Assembly: GCA_023205875.1 (NCBI GenBank)
Contig: CP060758.1
Span: forward strand, 1-64,000
Reading direction: 5' to 3'
Source of the DNA: Chloropicon primus
Lineage: Eukaryota
Length of the DNA: 64,000 nucleotides
Part shown: one piece after another, positions 53,355 through 63,246 of the stretch
How the letters are laid out: every line of letters starts with the position of its first letter
Position numbering within the stretch: the first letter of the stretch is position 1
Notes under the pieces: model-generated
The model's input: only the letters and a program-made list of their open reading frames with translations
The model's database searches: none
What the model was told of the DNA's origin: nothing
Made by a program: the position numbers and the translations under genes

Positions 53355-54177
53355 ATGGCGAGGATGGGGAAGAAGGAGAAGGACAGCGTCGTGTCCTTCT
53401 CGGATTCGACGGTAAGGCCGACGGAACGCACGACGGCGCTTTGGTTTAGGCCGCTCTCTTTCTTTCTTTCTTTCTTTCTCTCTTTCTTTTCGTGTGCGGG
53501 GGTTGTTTGTTTCTTGCTCTCTGACATAGCGTACGTGTGTCCTCCTCGTTGCTCCCCGGAAGAAAAACATGGATGGCTCGGAGCGCTCGGTTCAACTGAC
53601 GCAGAGGTCCATGCGGAGCGAAGGAAGCAGCGGAGTGGAGGCCATCCTCGAGAGGGTCAACACCAGGTCGACGGAGAAAGAGATGCTGAGGCAGCTTCGA
53701 GACTCCCTCAACCCGGACGAGAGGATTCACACGAGGATCCTTCTCCTGCAGGCTTTGACTGCCCTCGTTGCGGTGGTCATCATGGTCGCCTTGGTCATTG
53801 GGGGGTACGTCAAGCTGCGGGAGATCAGGGTCTCTGTGCAGGCCATGGCGGTGTCCACCTCGGAGCTCAAGTTGGCCACGGACGAGATAGCGAAGAAGAA
53901 CGAGGAGCTTGTGAAAGAGATGGAGCCCTTGGCGGTGATGCCAGGTCTGGCAAAGAGCATGCAGGACATGTCAGAGGCGACTGATCAGATGAACGCGATC
54001 GTCTGCGGTTCGCCCTTGTTTGCGCCGCAGTGCCCGCCGGAGGAGAGGGGCCTCCTGGCGCCCGGCGCCAGCGCAAGTTCACCGATAATCACCGTGGAGG
54101 CCGAGGCGAACGAGAACAATAGAACGTACTTTGAGCAGCAGCAAGCGAACAGAGCCGAAGCGGAGGCCGGGGGCTGA
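53355..54177 (+). CDS. Unknown type II membrane coiled-coil protein, paralog B; exons 53355-53411 and 53563-54177
   Basis: GTAAG..AAG intron in phase 0; one TM, heptads, CGSPLFAPQCP; aligns to paralog A. Confidence 0.7.
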
Positions 54178-54356
54178 CGAGCCGGCGTCGTTCAAGCTTT
54201 TTTCCATTTTGTGATAAAAAAAAAACATTCGTCGTGTTTTGTCCCCTCGTCCTCCTCCTCAGCGAGCGAAAGCTGCCTTGGCAGGAGAGGAGAAAGACCT
54301 CGCCAAGCGGCTGGTGGGACTCAAGTTTACAAGTGTGTGCATGGTACAGAACTAGT

Positions 54357-55100
54357 TTAGAGGGTCTTCTTTGACACCTGTCCGTTGTTGTGGATCAGAC
54401 TGGCGTAGGTCCTTCTGAATACGTACAAGTAGTGCGACGGAAAGATGATGTTCGTGTGGAGGAAGTCCTTCCTAAAGCAAAGGAAGACAAACATCGGGAG
54501 GACCAGCGCCAGGGCACCGATGCCTGACAGCGGAAGGAGGATCAATGCAGGCGGGAAGGTCACCATCGCGTGCTGCACGCGGGGGAACACGAACAGAACG
54601 AACAAAAACGGACAGGAGAAAGAGGAAGCTGGTCAGCGAGCGGCGGCGTTGAGGGTGGCGTCGACGGTCCTCTCATCGACCACGGGGGAACGGATCTTCT
54701 TTCGCTCCTCGGCCTGCCTCACCTCCAGCGTCACGATCTCCCAGTAAAAGAATCCCAGCGTTGCGAGAAGCACCAGGAGCCCGCAGACAAAAGCGGCCAG
54801 GGGTTGGAGCAGGAAGCCGCCTCGTCCCCCCCCGCCCTTTCCCGTTGTCGTCGCCAGGAGCGGCGCCATATTCGGTCCGTCCACCATCCCTCCCTCTCTC
54901 CTCTGGTCATCCACAAAAAAAGCAAGGAGAAGCAAACATCACCTCAGCATCGAGCATCGGGTTCAGTTTCGTTGTTGTCACTGATCTCGTCCCTTCGCCG
55001 TTCCCCTCGAGTAAGGGCTCTTTCAAAAGCTCGCGAGACGAAGGACCCGATGCGGACCCTCTCCCCTCGCCGCCCTTAAAGCCGTCCCCCTCGTCCTCGT
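54357..55100 (-). CDS. Small 2-TM hypothetical protein with introns about 54574-54723 and 54903-54942; start unresolved
   Basis: Splicing joins ..YWEIVTLE|HAMVTFPPALIL.. in frame; TGTAA just downstream on the minus strand. Confidence 0.5.
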
Positions 55101-56016
55101 CCTCGTCCTCACCTCTCCGTCCTCGTCCCTCGTCCCTCCAGAGAGAGACAGAGATCCGCTCCTTGCGTTCCCAGCCACACAGCTCCCAGGGCAAGGCCCT
55201 GGACCTGGACAACCTCAGCCTCCACCGTCGAGGGCTGAAAGGAGGAGAACAGAAGGGAGGGGGGAGGACCAGGAGCCTCTCTCGGGGGTGTGCTCTACTG
55301 TCTGCTGTGCCAACCACCCAACCCCCTCCTCCTCACCCCCAGGATCGAGAGAGAGAAGGAGGTGGAGGCTTTCGGTTTTAGGTTTTTTTGGGTTTTAGGG
55401 TTTTCGTTCGGATCCTGTGTCAAACGTTTCCGGATCCACAGTGCTGTGGTCCTCCCCTGGTTTTATTTCGGACGATTGGCAAAGGTTGGGGTAAGAAGGG
55501 AATAGCACGAGAATCTTGCTAGCCCGAGACAAAGAGACACCAGGCTGGCCAGGGCCGAGGGACAGGAGCCTTGCCTTGCCTTTGCCTTGTGTCTACACCA
55601 TCACTATCACCATCAACATCAAGATCAACATCAACATCAACTTCAATAGCAACGCGCGCGTGCGGGGCGTTGTCCTCCCTCCTGTCCTCCAGCACCAGGA
55701 CCAGCGCACCACGAGGGCCGTGTGCATGGTTCTGCACAAGAGGAGGGAACTGCATTGAATGCCTAAGAGGGTGATTGTGGACCCGAACAAGACGAACTTG
55801 TGCAACGAGTTTGGCTGAGGATTTGGCCCAGACAAGGGGGGAAAGGTGGCGCCATTGAGACGCGAGGGAGGCGAGGTGCATTGACCCGTGGATGCGTGTT
55901 CCCTATGACGAACACAAGGACAAGAGGCCAGAGAGAAGCTGAATTCTATTACTACTGCTGCATTAGTTGAGCTTACGAGTTTTGGTACATACTACAGACT
56001 ACAGTTGAGGTGACCA

Positions 56017-57195
56017 ATGGGAGGGAGTGAAGAGGAGCACGAAGGCAAGATTCCAGATAACAAGACGCAAAGGAGCGAGGCCATGGAGAGCCTGTCTCAG
56101 AAGCTGTCTTTAGAGTCTGGAAGCGAAAGGCGAGACAGTGCCAGCTTGGACAAGCAAAAGTTCCTCAACCCCTTGGTGGAGGACACCGTGGGGACCGAGG
56201 ACGTCGCTGTCGTCGCTGTCGCGGGGGACGCGGAGCCGGACGCCGCCACCGTGAGGGACACGGGCTCGGAGGGCGCTTCAAGCTCCCAGGGAGCGGACGA
56301 GGGGGAGGGGGCTACCGGTAACACGGACTCCGTTGGCCCCCTGGAGGTCGAGGACGTTGGCATCATCACGGAGGAGGGAGAAGACCACCAGCCGCGGGCC
56401 AAGCCATCGAGTGCCGAGGGAAGGCGGGCCATCATAAACACGGACTCCATCGGCTCCGCTTGCACAGATGATGTAGACGTGGACTCCCTCGTGCGCCAGT
56501 CTCAGTCAGAGCGCTTGAGGCAGTTGGAAGAAGAGGCCGCGGCGAAGCGTGCATCGGATGCGGAGCATGGCGGCACTAGCGGAAGGAGGGCCATCATCAA
56601 CACGGATTCCATCGAAAGCAACTACAAGGTGGACAAGATAGAGCGCTTCAGGGCGACCATGGTCGAGCAGCAGACCGTGGAAATGCCTCAACTGGTCCAA
56701 GTCGAGTCCTTGCAGATGGCAGAGGACCCCATTCCTGAAGAGGAGGAGGAGGACTCCATGGCCATGGAGGGGGAGGGGGAGGGGGAGGAGCAAGCTAGTT
56801 ATTCAGGGAGGATCACTGAAGCGCGTCGCCAATCTTCGACTGAGAGCGTCAAGAGTGTAAAATATAGTTGGAATCCGCTGACGGCGGAGGCCTCTGAAGG
56901 AGAGGTGGAGATGACGAGTCTGGGAGGTTCGGACGGTTTCAGGAAGTCGACGGGGGGGAATGGGACGAACGACCTCAAGCCTCTTCCGGACGCCCTGCAC
57001 CAGGAGCAAAGGAGGAATGGGACGCTCACGAATCCTCTGTACGATTATCACGCTGACAAGAGGAACCAACAAAAGCATTGGGTGCTGAGGTACCTGCCCA
57101 AGCTTGAGATCCACGAGATTGGAGGGGGCGGCCTCATGCTGTTCTTCGTCATTTTTGTCATGGTCTGCGCGGAGAACATGTGGAAGAACGCCTGA
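56017..57195 (+). CDS. Acidic disordered protein with C-terminal TM anchor
   Basis: 392-aa ORF; internal repeat GRRAIINTDSI x2; hydrophobic tail GLMLFFVIFVMVC. Confidence 0.65.
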   Translation: MGGSEEEHEGKIPDNKTQRSEAMESLSQKLSLESGSERRDSASLDKQKFLNPLVEDTVGTEDVAVVAVAGDAEPDAATVRDTGSEGASSSQGADEGEGATGNTDSVGPLEVEDVGIITEEGEDHQPRAKPSSAEGRRAIINTDSIGSACTDDVDVDSLVRQSQSERLRQLEEEAAAKRASDAEHGGTSGRRAIINTDSIESNYKVDKIERFRATMVEQQTVEMPQLVQVESLQMAEDPIPEEEEEDSMAMEGEGEGEEQASYSGRITEARRQSSTESVKSVKYSWNPLTAEASEGEVEMTSLGGSDGFRKSTGGNGTNDLKPLPDALHQEQRRNGTLTNPLYDYHADKRNQQKHWVLRYLPKLEIHEIGGGGLMLFFVIFVMVCAENMWKNA

Positions 57196-57302
57196 TGGAT
57201 GGATCTTTCGCGCTGAGCTCGTCGCAAGAGTTATAAGCCTTGAGCTGATATAAATATTTATAAAACAACGCGCGCCCATATACTTTGCACTTGTACATTG
57301 TA

Positions 57303-58697
57303 TCAGATCTTGATGTCTTGGTTTTCGTATACTCCTGCCGCAAGCTCTTTGGGCTCGCCCCCCTCATTCGTCACCGAGCACGCGCCCTTGAAGGTCGTGC
57401 CCGGCTTGAACACCACGGGCCCACTCACCTGGAGCTTGGAGCACGATATGAGAGAAGGGATGCCATCCGGGCACAGCTTCTCCATCTTGTCCACGTGCTT
57501 GTAGTGCTTGTCATCCAGCTTCACAACAGGGACGGAGTCACGGTTGAGCTTGACGCAAAAATCATCGGTCAAGTGGTAGGCGTCACTCCGCAGGGCAAAC
57601 AAGTCGCTGCACGTCTTTACGGGCGAGAACCTTGATCTCGGGACCACGACAGCCGAGGCGTTGGGGAAGCACTCGATGGCGGAGCCCATGGCGGTCTCCA
57701 GCTGGTACACGCTCGTGGATGTGGCGTCCCTTGGATTGACCGTCTTCTTGTTCTTGATGAGGGGGAGGGGCAGGACGCCATCGCATTCCTCCATCTTCTT
57801 CTTGAGCTGCACAAAGTCGAGCCACAAGTTGTTGGTGTTGAAGTATTTGTGCAGGGAAACGTCTTGGAACTTGGCCTTGTCCTGATCCGGGCACATCGCA
57901 GACTCCCTCAGGATGAGCTGCCTGTCGGCCTTCCTCCTCGCAAGGTGACCCCCCTTCTTGTCTGCCTCTGTTCTCTCCGCCACCTCCATCATGAAAGCGG
58001 CCCCGCTTTTGGCAAAGTGGCTGAGCAAGTCCGTCGACATGACCGCGCCCAAGTTGTCCGAGTTACTGACGAACGCGTACCGGAACCCCCTCTCGATGAG
58101 GCGATCCAGCATGCCGCTCCCCAGGAGGGAAGGGTAGATGTCACCGTGGCCCGGGGGGCACCACTCCAGGTCCCTGTTCCCCTCGTGCACCACGGGTTTC
58201 ATCGTAGCCGCGTCAATCTTTGGGCTCTTGTTCTGCAGAAGGATCAGGTCCTCCTGCGACAGGATCTCCGGGCGACTCGCTCCGAGGGCCTCGAGGGTGT
58301 CCTCGTTGGTGCTGAAGCTGTTCATCAGCACGAACTGCACGCTGGCCTCGTTGTTCTCGGACAAGTGCTTGATCTGGTCCGCGATGAGGTCGAGGAAAGT
58401 CCTGCCGTCCTTGACAGCCAGCAGGCTCTTCGCCTTCTCCAGCCCCATGCTCGTCCCGAGCCCGCCATTGAGCTTGAGCACCACCGTCTTGGACAGCAAC
58501 TCCTTCAACTCCTCCAAGTTCTCCCCTCCCTCTGTTTGGATCTCCTCGAACCTCGGCAAAGTGTCGACCGCCTCGATCTCCTCCTCCGGTATGAGCCCGG
58601 TATCCCCTCCCTCCAACTTGGCGTAGTTGTGCAAGAACGCTTTCCTCGCTGCCTCGTTCAGCCCTCCCTCCTTAAGCTTCCCCTCCACTGCCTCCAT
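57303..58697 (-). CDS. UGP: UTP-glucose-1-phosphate uridylyltransferase (UGPase); possible upstream exon
   Basis: VLKLNGGLGTSMG, WCPPGHGD, FVSNSDNLGA, DKKGG, FNTNNLW, QLETAMG, RFSPVK. Confidence 0.96.
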   Translation of the reverse strand: MEAVEGKLKEGGLNEAARKAFLHNYAKLEGGDTGLIPEEEIEAVDTLPRFEEIQTEGGENLEELKELLSKTVVLKLNGGLGTSMGLEKAKSLLAVKDGRTFLDLIADQIKHLSENNEASVQFVLMNSFSTNEDTLEALGASRPEILSQEDLILLQNKSPKIDAATMKPVVHEGNRDLEWCPPGHGDIYPSLLGSGMLDRLIERGFRYAFVSNSDNLGAVMSTDLLSHFAKSGAAFMMEVAERTEADKKGGHLARRKADRQLILRESAMCPDQDKAKFQDVSLHKYFNTNNLWLDFVQLKKKMEECDGVLPLPLIKNKKTVNPRDATSTSVYQLETAMGSAIECFPNASAVVVPRSRFSPVKTCSDLFALRSDAYHLTDDFCVKLNRDSVPVVKLDDKHYKHVDKMEKLCPDGIPSLISCSKLQVSGPVVFKPGTTFKGACSVTNEGGEPKELAAGVYENQDIKI

Positions 58698-59328
58698 CCT
58701 GTTCCGATGAGATCAATCACGATGGACAATCAATCAATCAAACCCTTTTCTCTCCAGATCCCGCAAGGTCACACCTCCTCCTCGTCGCTGTCCTCGTCGC
58801 TGTCCTCTTCGCTGTCCTCTTCGCTGTCCTCGTCGCTGTCCTCTTCGCTGTCCTCTTCGCTGTCCTCGTCGTCGTCCTCGTCGCTGTCCTCGTCGTCGTC
58901 GTCGTCCTCTGGTTTTGTTGGTCGTGCCATAACGGACGGTCAGGATGGCGGGAGAGCGGAGAAAGCGATCGCGGCAAGGGGGAGGGAGAGGGAGAGGGAG
59001 AGGAGTCGACAGGAGGAAGTGGTGTCACTTTCTCTTTCGATAGAGGGGTCATTCGATACGTTTCGAACAACTCAATGTCTTCTTCTTCTTCTTCTTCTTC
59101 TTGGTTTGGAGGAGAAGAGAAGGTCAAGCAGGACCCAGTTTAGGACAGGGGAATGCATAGAAGTTGCGGAGGAGGAGGAACGTCGCCGATTGGGTCGAGG
59201 ATAACCCAGGATCAGACGAGGAGGAAGGCTTCAGCAGCAGCCACGATTGAAAAGTGATTTCCTGGAGTGATTCCAAGCAAATTTTTTTCGTATAGTTACA
59301 CAGAATTATTCCAGTCCCGCTCCATTCT

Positions 59329-61438
59329 TCACGCGCTGCCGTTGGCACCTTCCTTCTCCTCGGCCCTCGCCCGTTTGACTTCCGGCTGTTTTTCTCCATC
59401 CTCCTCGCCGCCCCGCTTCGATTCCAGCGCCGGGGGTCCCTCCCCCTCCTCTGTTCGTGGCCGCTTGGCCCCGCTCTCTCCGTTCTCCTTGCCGTCTTCT
59501 CCGTTCTCCTTGCCGTCTTCTCCGTTCTCGTTACCAACCTTCTTCTCTTCCTCCCCCTTCTTCTCTTCCTTTTTGGGTTCCGTGAGGAAGGAGGGGAGGT
59601 CCTTGTGCTTCATCGAGCTCACGAAGCAGTCCATGGTGGGCGTGTGCTCCTTGAAGTTGTACAAGATCCTTCTAAAAATGTCCACAGCCGCGTTCAGGTC
59701 GAAGGACTTGCCCGTGCTCTGAGGCGCGTACATTCTTGTCCGAATCAAATCCTTCGGAGCCTTCTTCAGGCCCATATAGTACAAGCAGTGCGTGCTGGCA
59801 TCCAAGCCAGGGTCCTGGAACTCCTCTGTACACGGGTGAATGTGCAAAGTCCCGGCCGTGCAGTCCTCGATCTGCTCGATCATTTTTCTCAGCCGCGAGA
59901 AGACGAAGCCGGACCACTTTTTGAGCTCCTCCGCCGAGGCCGCCGTGACCTTGATCTGCAAGAAGTTCTTGTGGAGCTTAAAAAAGTCCACCCTCTCGAA
60001 GAGCTTGTCCCACTTCTCCTCGCCCTTGGCCACCGAGGCGCAGACCCTCGAGGCATTGGACAACTCCTGCTTCATGATGTGGAGGGTGCTGACGGTGACG
60101 TTGTAGGTCGAGTTCTGGCACGGGTACGTCGGCGTGATGATGGGCATGAGGTCCCTCTTGTCTATGGGGTTCCTCCTCGGGTCCCAGATCTTCAGGCCGA
60201 GGCCCTCGTCGACGATGGGGGCGAGGAGCACCGGGCTCGGCCACTTCCACATGTCCCACACCGTGAAGAACTTTTGGAGCAGAGTGCTCGGGGCCGCGTT
60301 GGGGTAGAGCTGGCAGACCCTGGCCACCAGGATGGCCATGTTGATCCCTCCCAGGAACCCCAGCACGTTGCTGTAGACTCCCCTGACCTTGGACCACAGC
60401 TTTATGCACCGGAGGACTTGCCTGAAGGACTCCACGTTGGGCACGAGGTCGAATAGATAGGCGGCGACCCTCACGCCGTTGAGACTCTTGGTGCTTGCGT
60501 CGTCCAAGTTCCTGAATATCGTCGGCTTCATCACGTCCACCCCCCGAGGAATGACATCGAGCTCCAAGGAGACGAAGGCCAAGTCGATCTCGACGCCCAG
60601 GAAGACCATCTTGATCTCCGGCACGATGGCCTCCGGCACCCCAACGATCGTCTCCACGTCCTCCACCCCCTCCAGCAGGCAGTAGAGGCTCTCCTTGTTC
60701 TCCCCGCACAGGTTGAGAACGCCGCCCGCGGTGGCGGGGTCCCCGACCTCGCCGGTCGACCCCATCCTCCCGAAGAAGTCCCTGTCCCTCGACACGTGCC
60801 TCGGGCCTATGCACAGGGTATCCAGATCAGAGCCCGGGGTGTGGACGCCCAGCCGGTAGGACCCGAAGGTGAAGAGCTCGACGTGGGCCTCCTGGGCAAA
60901 GTCCGCGCCCATGTTCCTCTCCGTCGTCGCCTTGATCCACCTCTGCAGGATCTCGTACAGCCGCCCGAGCACCTCCTCCCTCCGCCGGGACTCCTCCTCC
61001 GGCTCGTACAGCCCGAACCCCCGAGCGACCTGTGCCATCCCAACCAACCAACCAACCAACCATCCATCACCATCCCAGTGTCAGATCACAAAAAGGCAAA
61101 CAAAGCAACAACAAGGACGAGAAGAAGAGGTCAGCAGCTTGCCTTCCCCAAAGGGGCGGCGGGGCGAGGGGGCGGCGGGAAGGTCACGCCAGGGCGCCGT
61201 GCGCGCCCGCGCTCGCGCCCCGCCTCGCCCTCGATTCTTCTTGCCCCTGTCCCAATGACCCCAAAGGCGGGTGAGGATGGGGCGTGCGTGCGTTTGGGAG
61301 AAGAGAGAAGGTTCGCAGGCGGCGCGCGCGCGAGAGAGAGAGAGGGGTGGAGGGAAAGCGTCGTACCTCCTGGAGTTCCTCCGACCGCTTCAGGTCCTCC
61401 TCCGTGGGTCCCGCCGTCGAGATGGGCTGCGCGGACAT
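59329..61438 (-). CDS. PAP: Canonical nuclear poly(A) polymerase; exons 61367-61438 and 59329-61029
   Basis: PISTAGPTEED; FTFGSYRLGVH..DLDTLC, SLNGVRV, GVYSNVLGFLGG, MPIITPTYP..NSTYNV. Confidence 0.95.
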
Positions 61439-61782
61439 CGTGCCTCCTCCTCCTCCTGGGGTGGGTGGGTTGCTTCTCCCGGCTTTAGAAGGCGATGGCG
61501 GGAAAGCGAAGCGCACGACGATAACGGAGGAGGAGGATGGAGGACGGGGCGGGTGGAGGGTGGATGGAGGAAGCCAAGGGTGGAACAGGGAGAGGAAGTG
61601 CGAGTTCCAAGTGCGAGTTCCAAGTGCGAGTTCCGCGTGCGTGCGCGCCTGCCTGGGTTTTAGGAGGAAGACGGTGGTGGTATACATGCGTTGTTGTTGT
61701 TGTTGTTGTTGTTGTTATCGCTATTGTTGTTGTTATTGAAGAATACACACATAATAATAAACCTTTTTGCTCGAGAGAGCGC

Positions 61783-62847
61783 TCAGGAGGAGGCGTCGAC
61801 GACGACGTCCGAGAAGTTGAGCTCGACGAGGAGGTTCCAGTTCAGGCCGGACTTGTGCCTGTACTTGTACCGGTCGAGCTCCCTGGCCTCGAGGACGACC
61901 TGGTTCCCCTTGATGTACCTCGTGTTCAGCCAAAGGTAGTACTCCCCCGCCTTGTCCTTCAGCTTGACCTTGAAGTCCTCCTCGACCTGGACGGGGAAGG
62001 GCAGGACGAACTCGGCCTCGACGGCGTCGATCTGCTTCCACTTGCTCCTCGAGTTCCCCGACAGCATCTCGGAGGAGAACACCAGCTTCTCGGCCGAGTG
62101 GTCGCTGACGTACACCGCGGGGTACAGGTGCGGCGCCGTGTGGTGGAGCTTGAGGCTCGCCAGCCTGAGCCGCCGCCCCGCCCCCCCCACCTCCCCCGGG
62201 GACTTGAGCAGGAGCTCGTAGTACCTGAGGTACCTCTGCTGGGACGCCAGGGTCAGGCCCTTGCCGTCGTGCGTCCTCCTGAGGTTGTAGTACGCCACGG
62301 CCTCCTCCGCGGTGTCCGCGTAGCTCAAGTAGATCAGCAGGCAGCAGATCATCAGCCCCGTCCGGCTCTTCCCCGCCTTGCAGTGCACCACGACCACGTG
62401 GCTCATGCTCTGCCTCAGCCACGACTTGGCGGACTCCACGAACGCCTGGATGAGCCGAAGGGGCGGGCAGTTGTGGTCGTCGAAGGGGAAGCTCGCCACC
62501 TTCCCGTCGAAGAGCGCCGCGTCGTACGTCCGCTCAGAGCAAAGGTTGTAGATCTTGTACTTCCCCCCGGGGTGCTTCTCGTCCAAGAAAGACGTGACGT
62601 GACCCATGTGGTTCCGGTACAAGCCCTCCACGTACCCGAGCACCCCGCTGCTCCGGTCCCCCGCCGGGAACCCCATCGCGATCACGTTCTCCGTGATGTA
62701 AGACAAGTCCAAGTCGTACTCGCTGTCCTTGTACCGCCGCTTCTTCTGAGACACCAAAGACCGCGCGAAACGCGTCAGGGCGTTCCCCTTCGAGCGCCCG
62801 GAACCACCTCGAGGGCGCGCCATCCGACTCCTCTCGCCATCCGCCAT
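61783..62847 (-). CDS. PTEN: PTEN-family phosphatase
   Basis: LVSQKKRRY..DLDLSYIT, YNLCSERTYD, FPFDDHNCP, HCKAGKSRTG, SQQRY; C2-like tail. Confidence 0.93.
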   Translation of the reverse strand: MADGERSRMARPRGGSGRSKGNALTRFARSLVSQKKRRYKDSEYDLDLSYITENVIAMGFPAGDRSSGVLGYVEGLYRNHMGHVTSFLDEKHPGGKYKIYNLCSERTYDAALFDGKVASFPFDDHNCPPLRLIQAFVESAKSWLRQSMSHVVVVHCKAGKSRTGLMICCLLIYLSYADTAEEAVAYYNLRRTHDGKGLTLASQQRYLRYYELLLKSPGEVGGAGRRLRLASLKLHHTAPHLYPAVYVSDHSAEKLVFSSEMLSGNSRSKWKQIDAVEAEFVLPFPVQVEEDFKVKLKDKAGEYYLWLNTRYIKGNQVVLEARELDRYKYRHKSGLNWNLLVELNFSDVVVDASS

Positions 62848-63022
62848 CTCTCCGACTTCTGGCGGCGGCGGGACGGCGGGACACCTCAACCTCGAGGTCG
62901 AGACACCTCCGCCACAGCCTCGGCGTCGCTCTCGTCCTCCACAGTCCGCTGCTGCTCTCGCGCTCCACAGTCCGCTGGTGCTCTCGCGCTCCTCGGCGCT
63001 CCGGCTCCATCACACAGCGCTG

Positions 63023-63028
63023 TATAAA
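63023..63028 (+). promoter_or_regulatory. TATA box of the permuted tRNA gene (putative Pol III)
   Basis: TATAAA about 25 nt upstream of the leader that pairs with the trailer. Confidence 0.55.
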
Positions 63029-63066
63029 GACGAAAATGTGATATGATTCATGTGTACCTAATGGAC

Positions 63067-63246
63067 ATCTAAAGGTCGTGTGTTCGATCCACACTCATCG
63101 CAGTAAAGTCAGCATTTACTCCGCGCGAAACCTACTCACCGCGTGGCACTTGAGATGAACCAAACCCTAATCCAGACTTCCCTCTTACTCTGCCTCGTCG
63201 TACCGTTCGGCGATGATAGCTCAGTTGGGAGAGCGTTAGACTGAAG
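63067..63246 (+). tRNA. trnF-GAA: Circularly permuted tRNA-Phe(GAA): 3' half (nt 38-73) 63067-63102; 5' half (nt 1-37) 63210-63246
   Basis: The joined halves give a full cloverleaf: acceptor GCGATGA/TCATCGC, D stem GCTC/GAGC, anticodon stem TTAGA/TCTAA with loop CT-GAA-GA, T stem GTGTG/CACAC with TTCGATC, discriminator A. Confidence 0.93.

Noticed and set aside
55370..55405. Telomerase RNA template (AACCTAAAACC on the minus strand; similar motif at 24864)
   Set aside because: Flanked by low-complexity promoter-type sequence with no evident structured RNA or Pol III signals; better explained as telo-boxes
1523..63027. Many long overlapping antisense or alternate-frame ORFs in the track
   Set aside because: Expected from high GC3 codon bias and stop-poor microsatellites; no recognisable motifs
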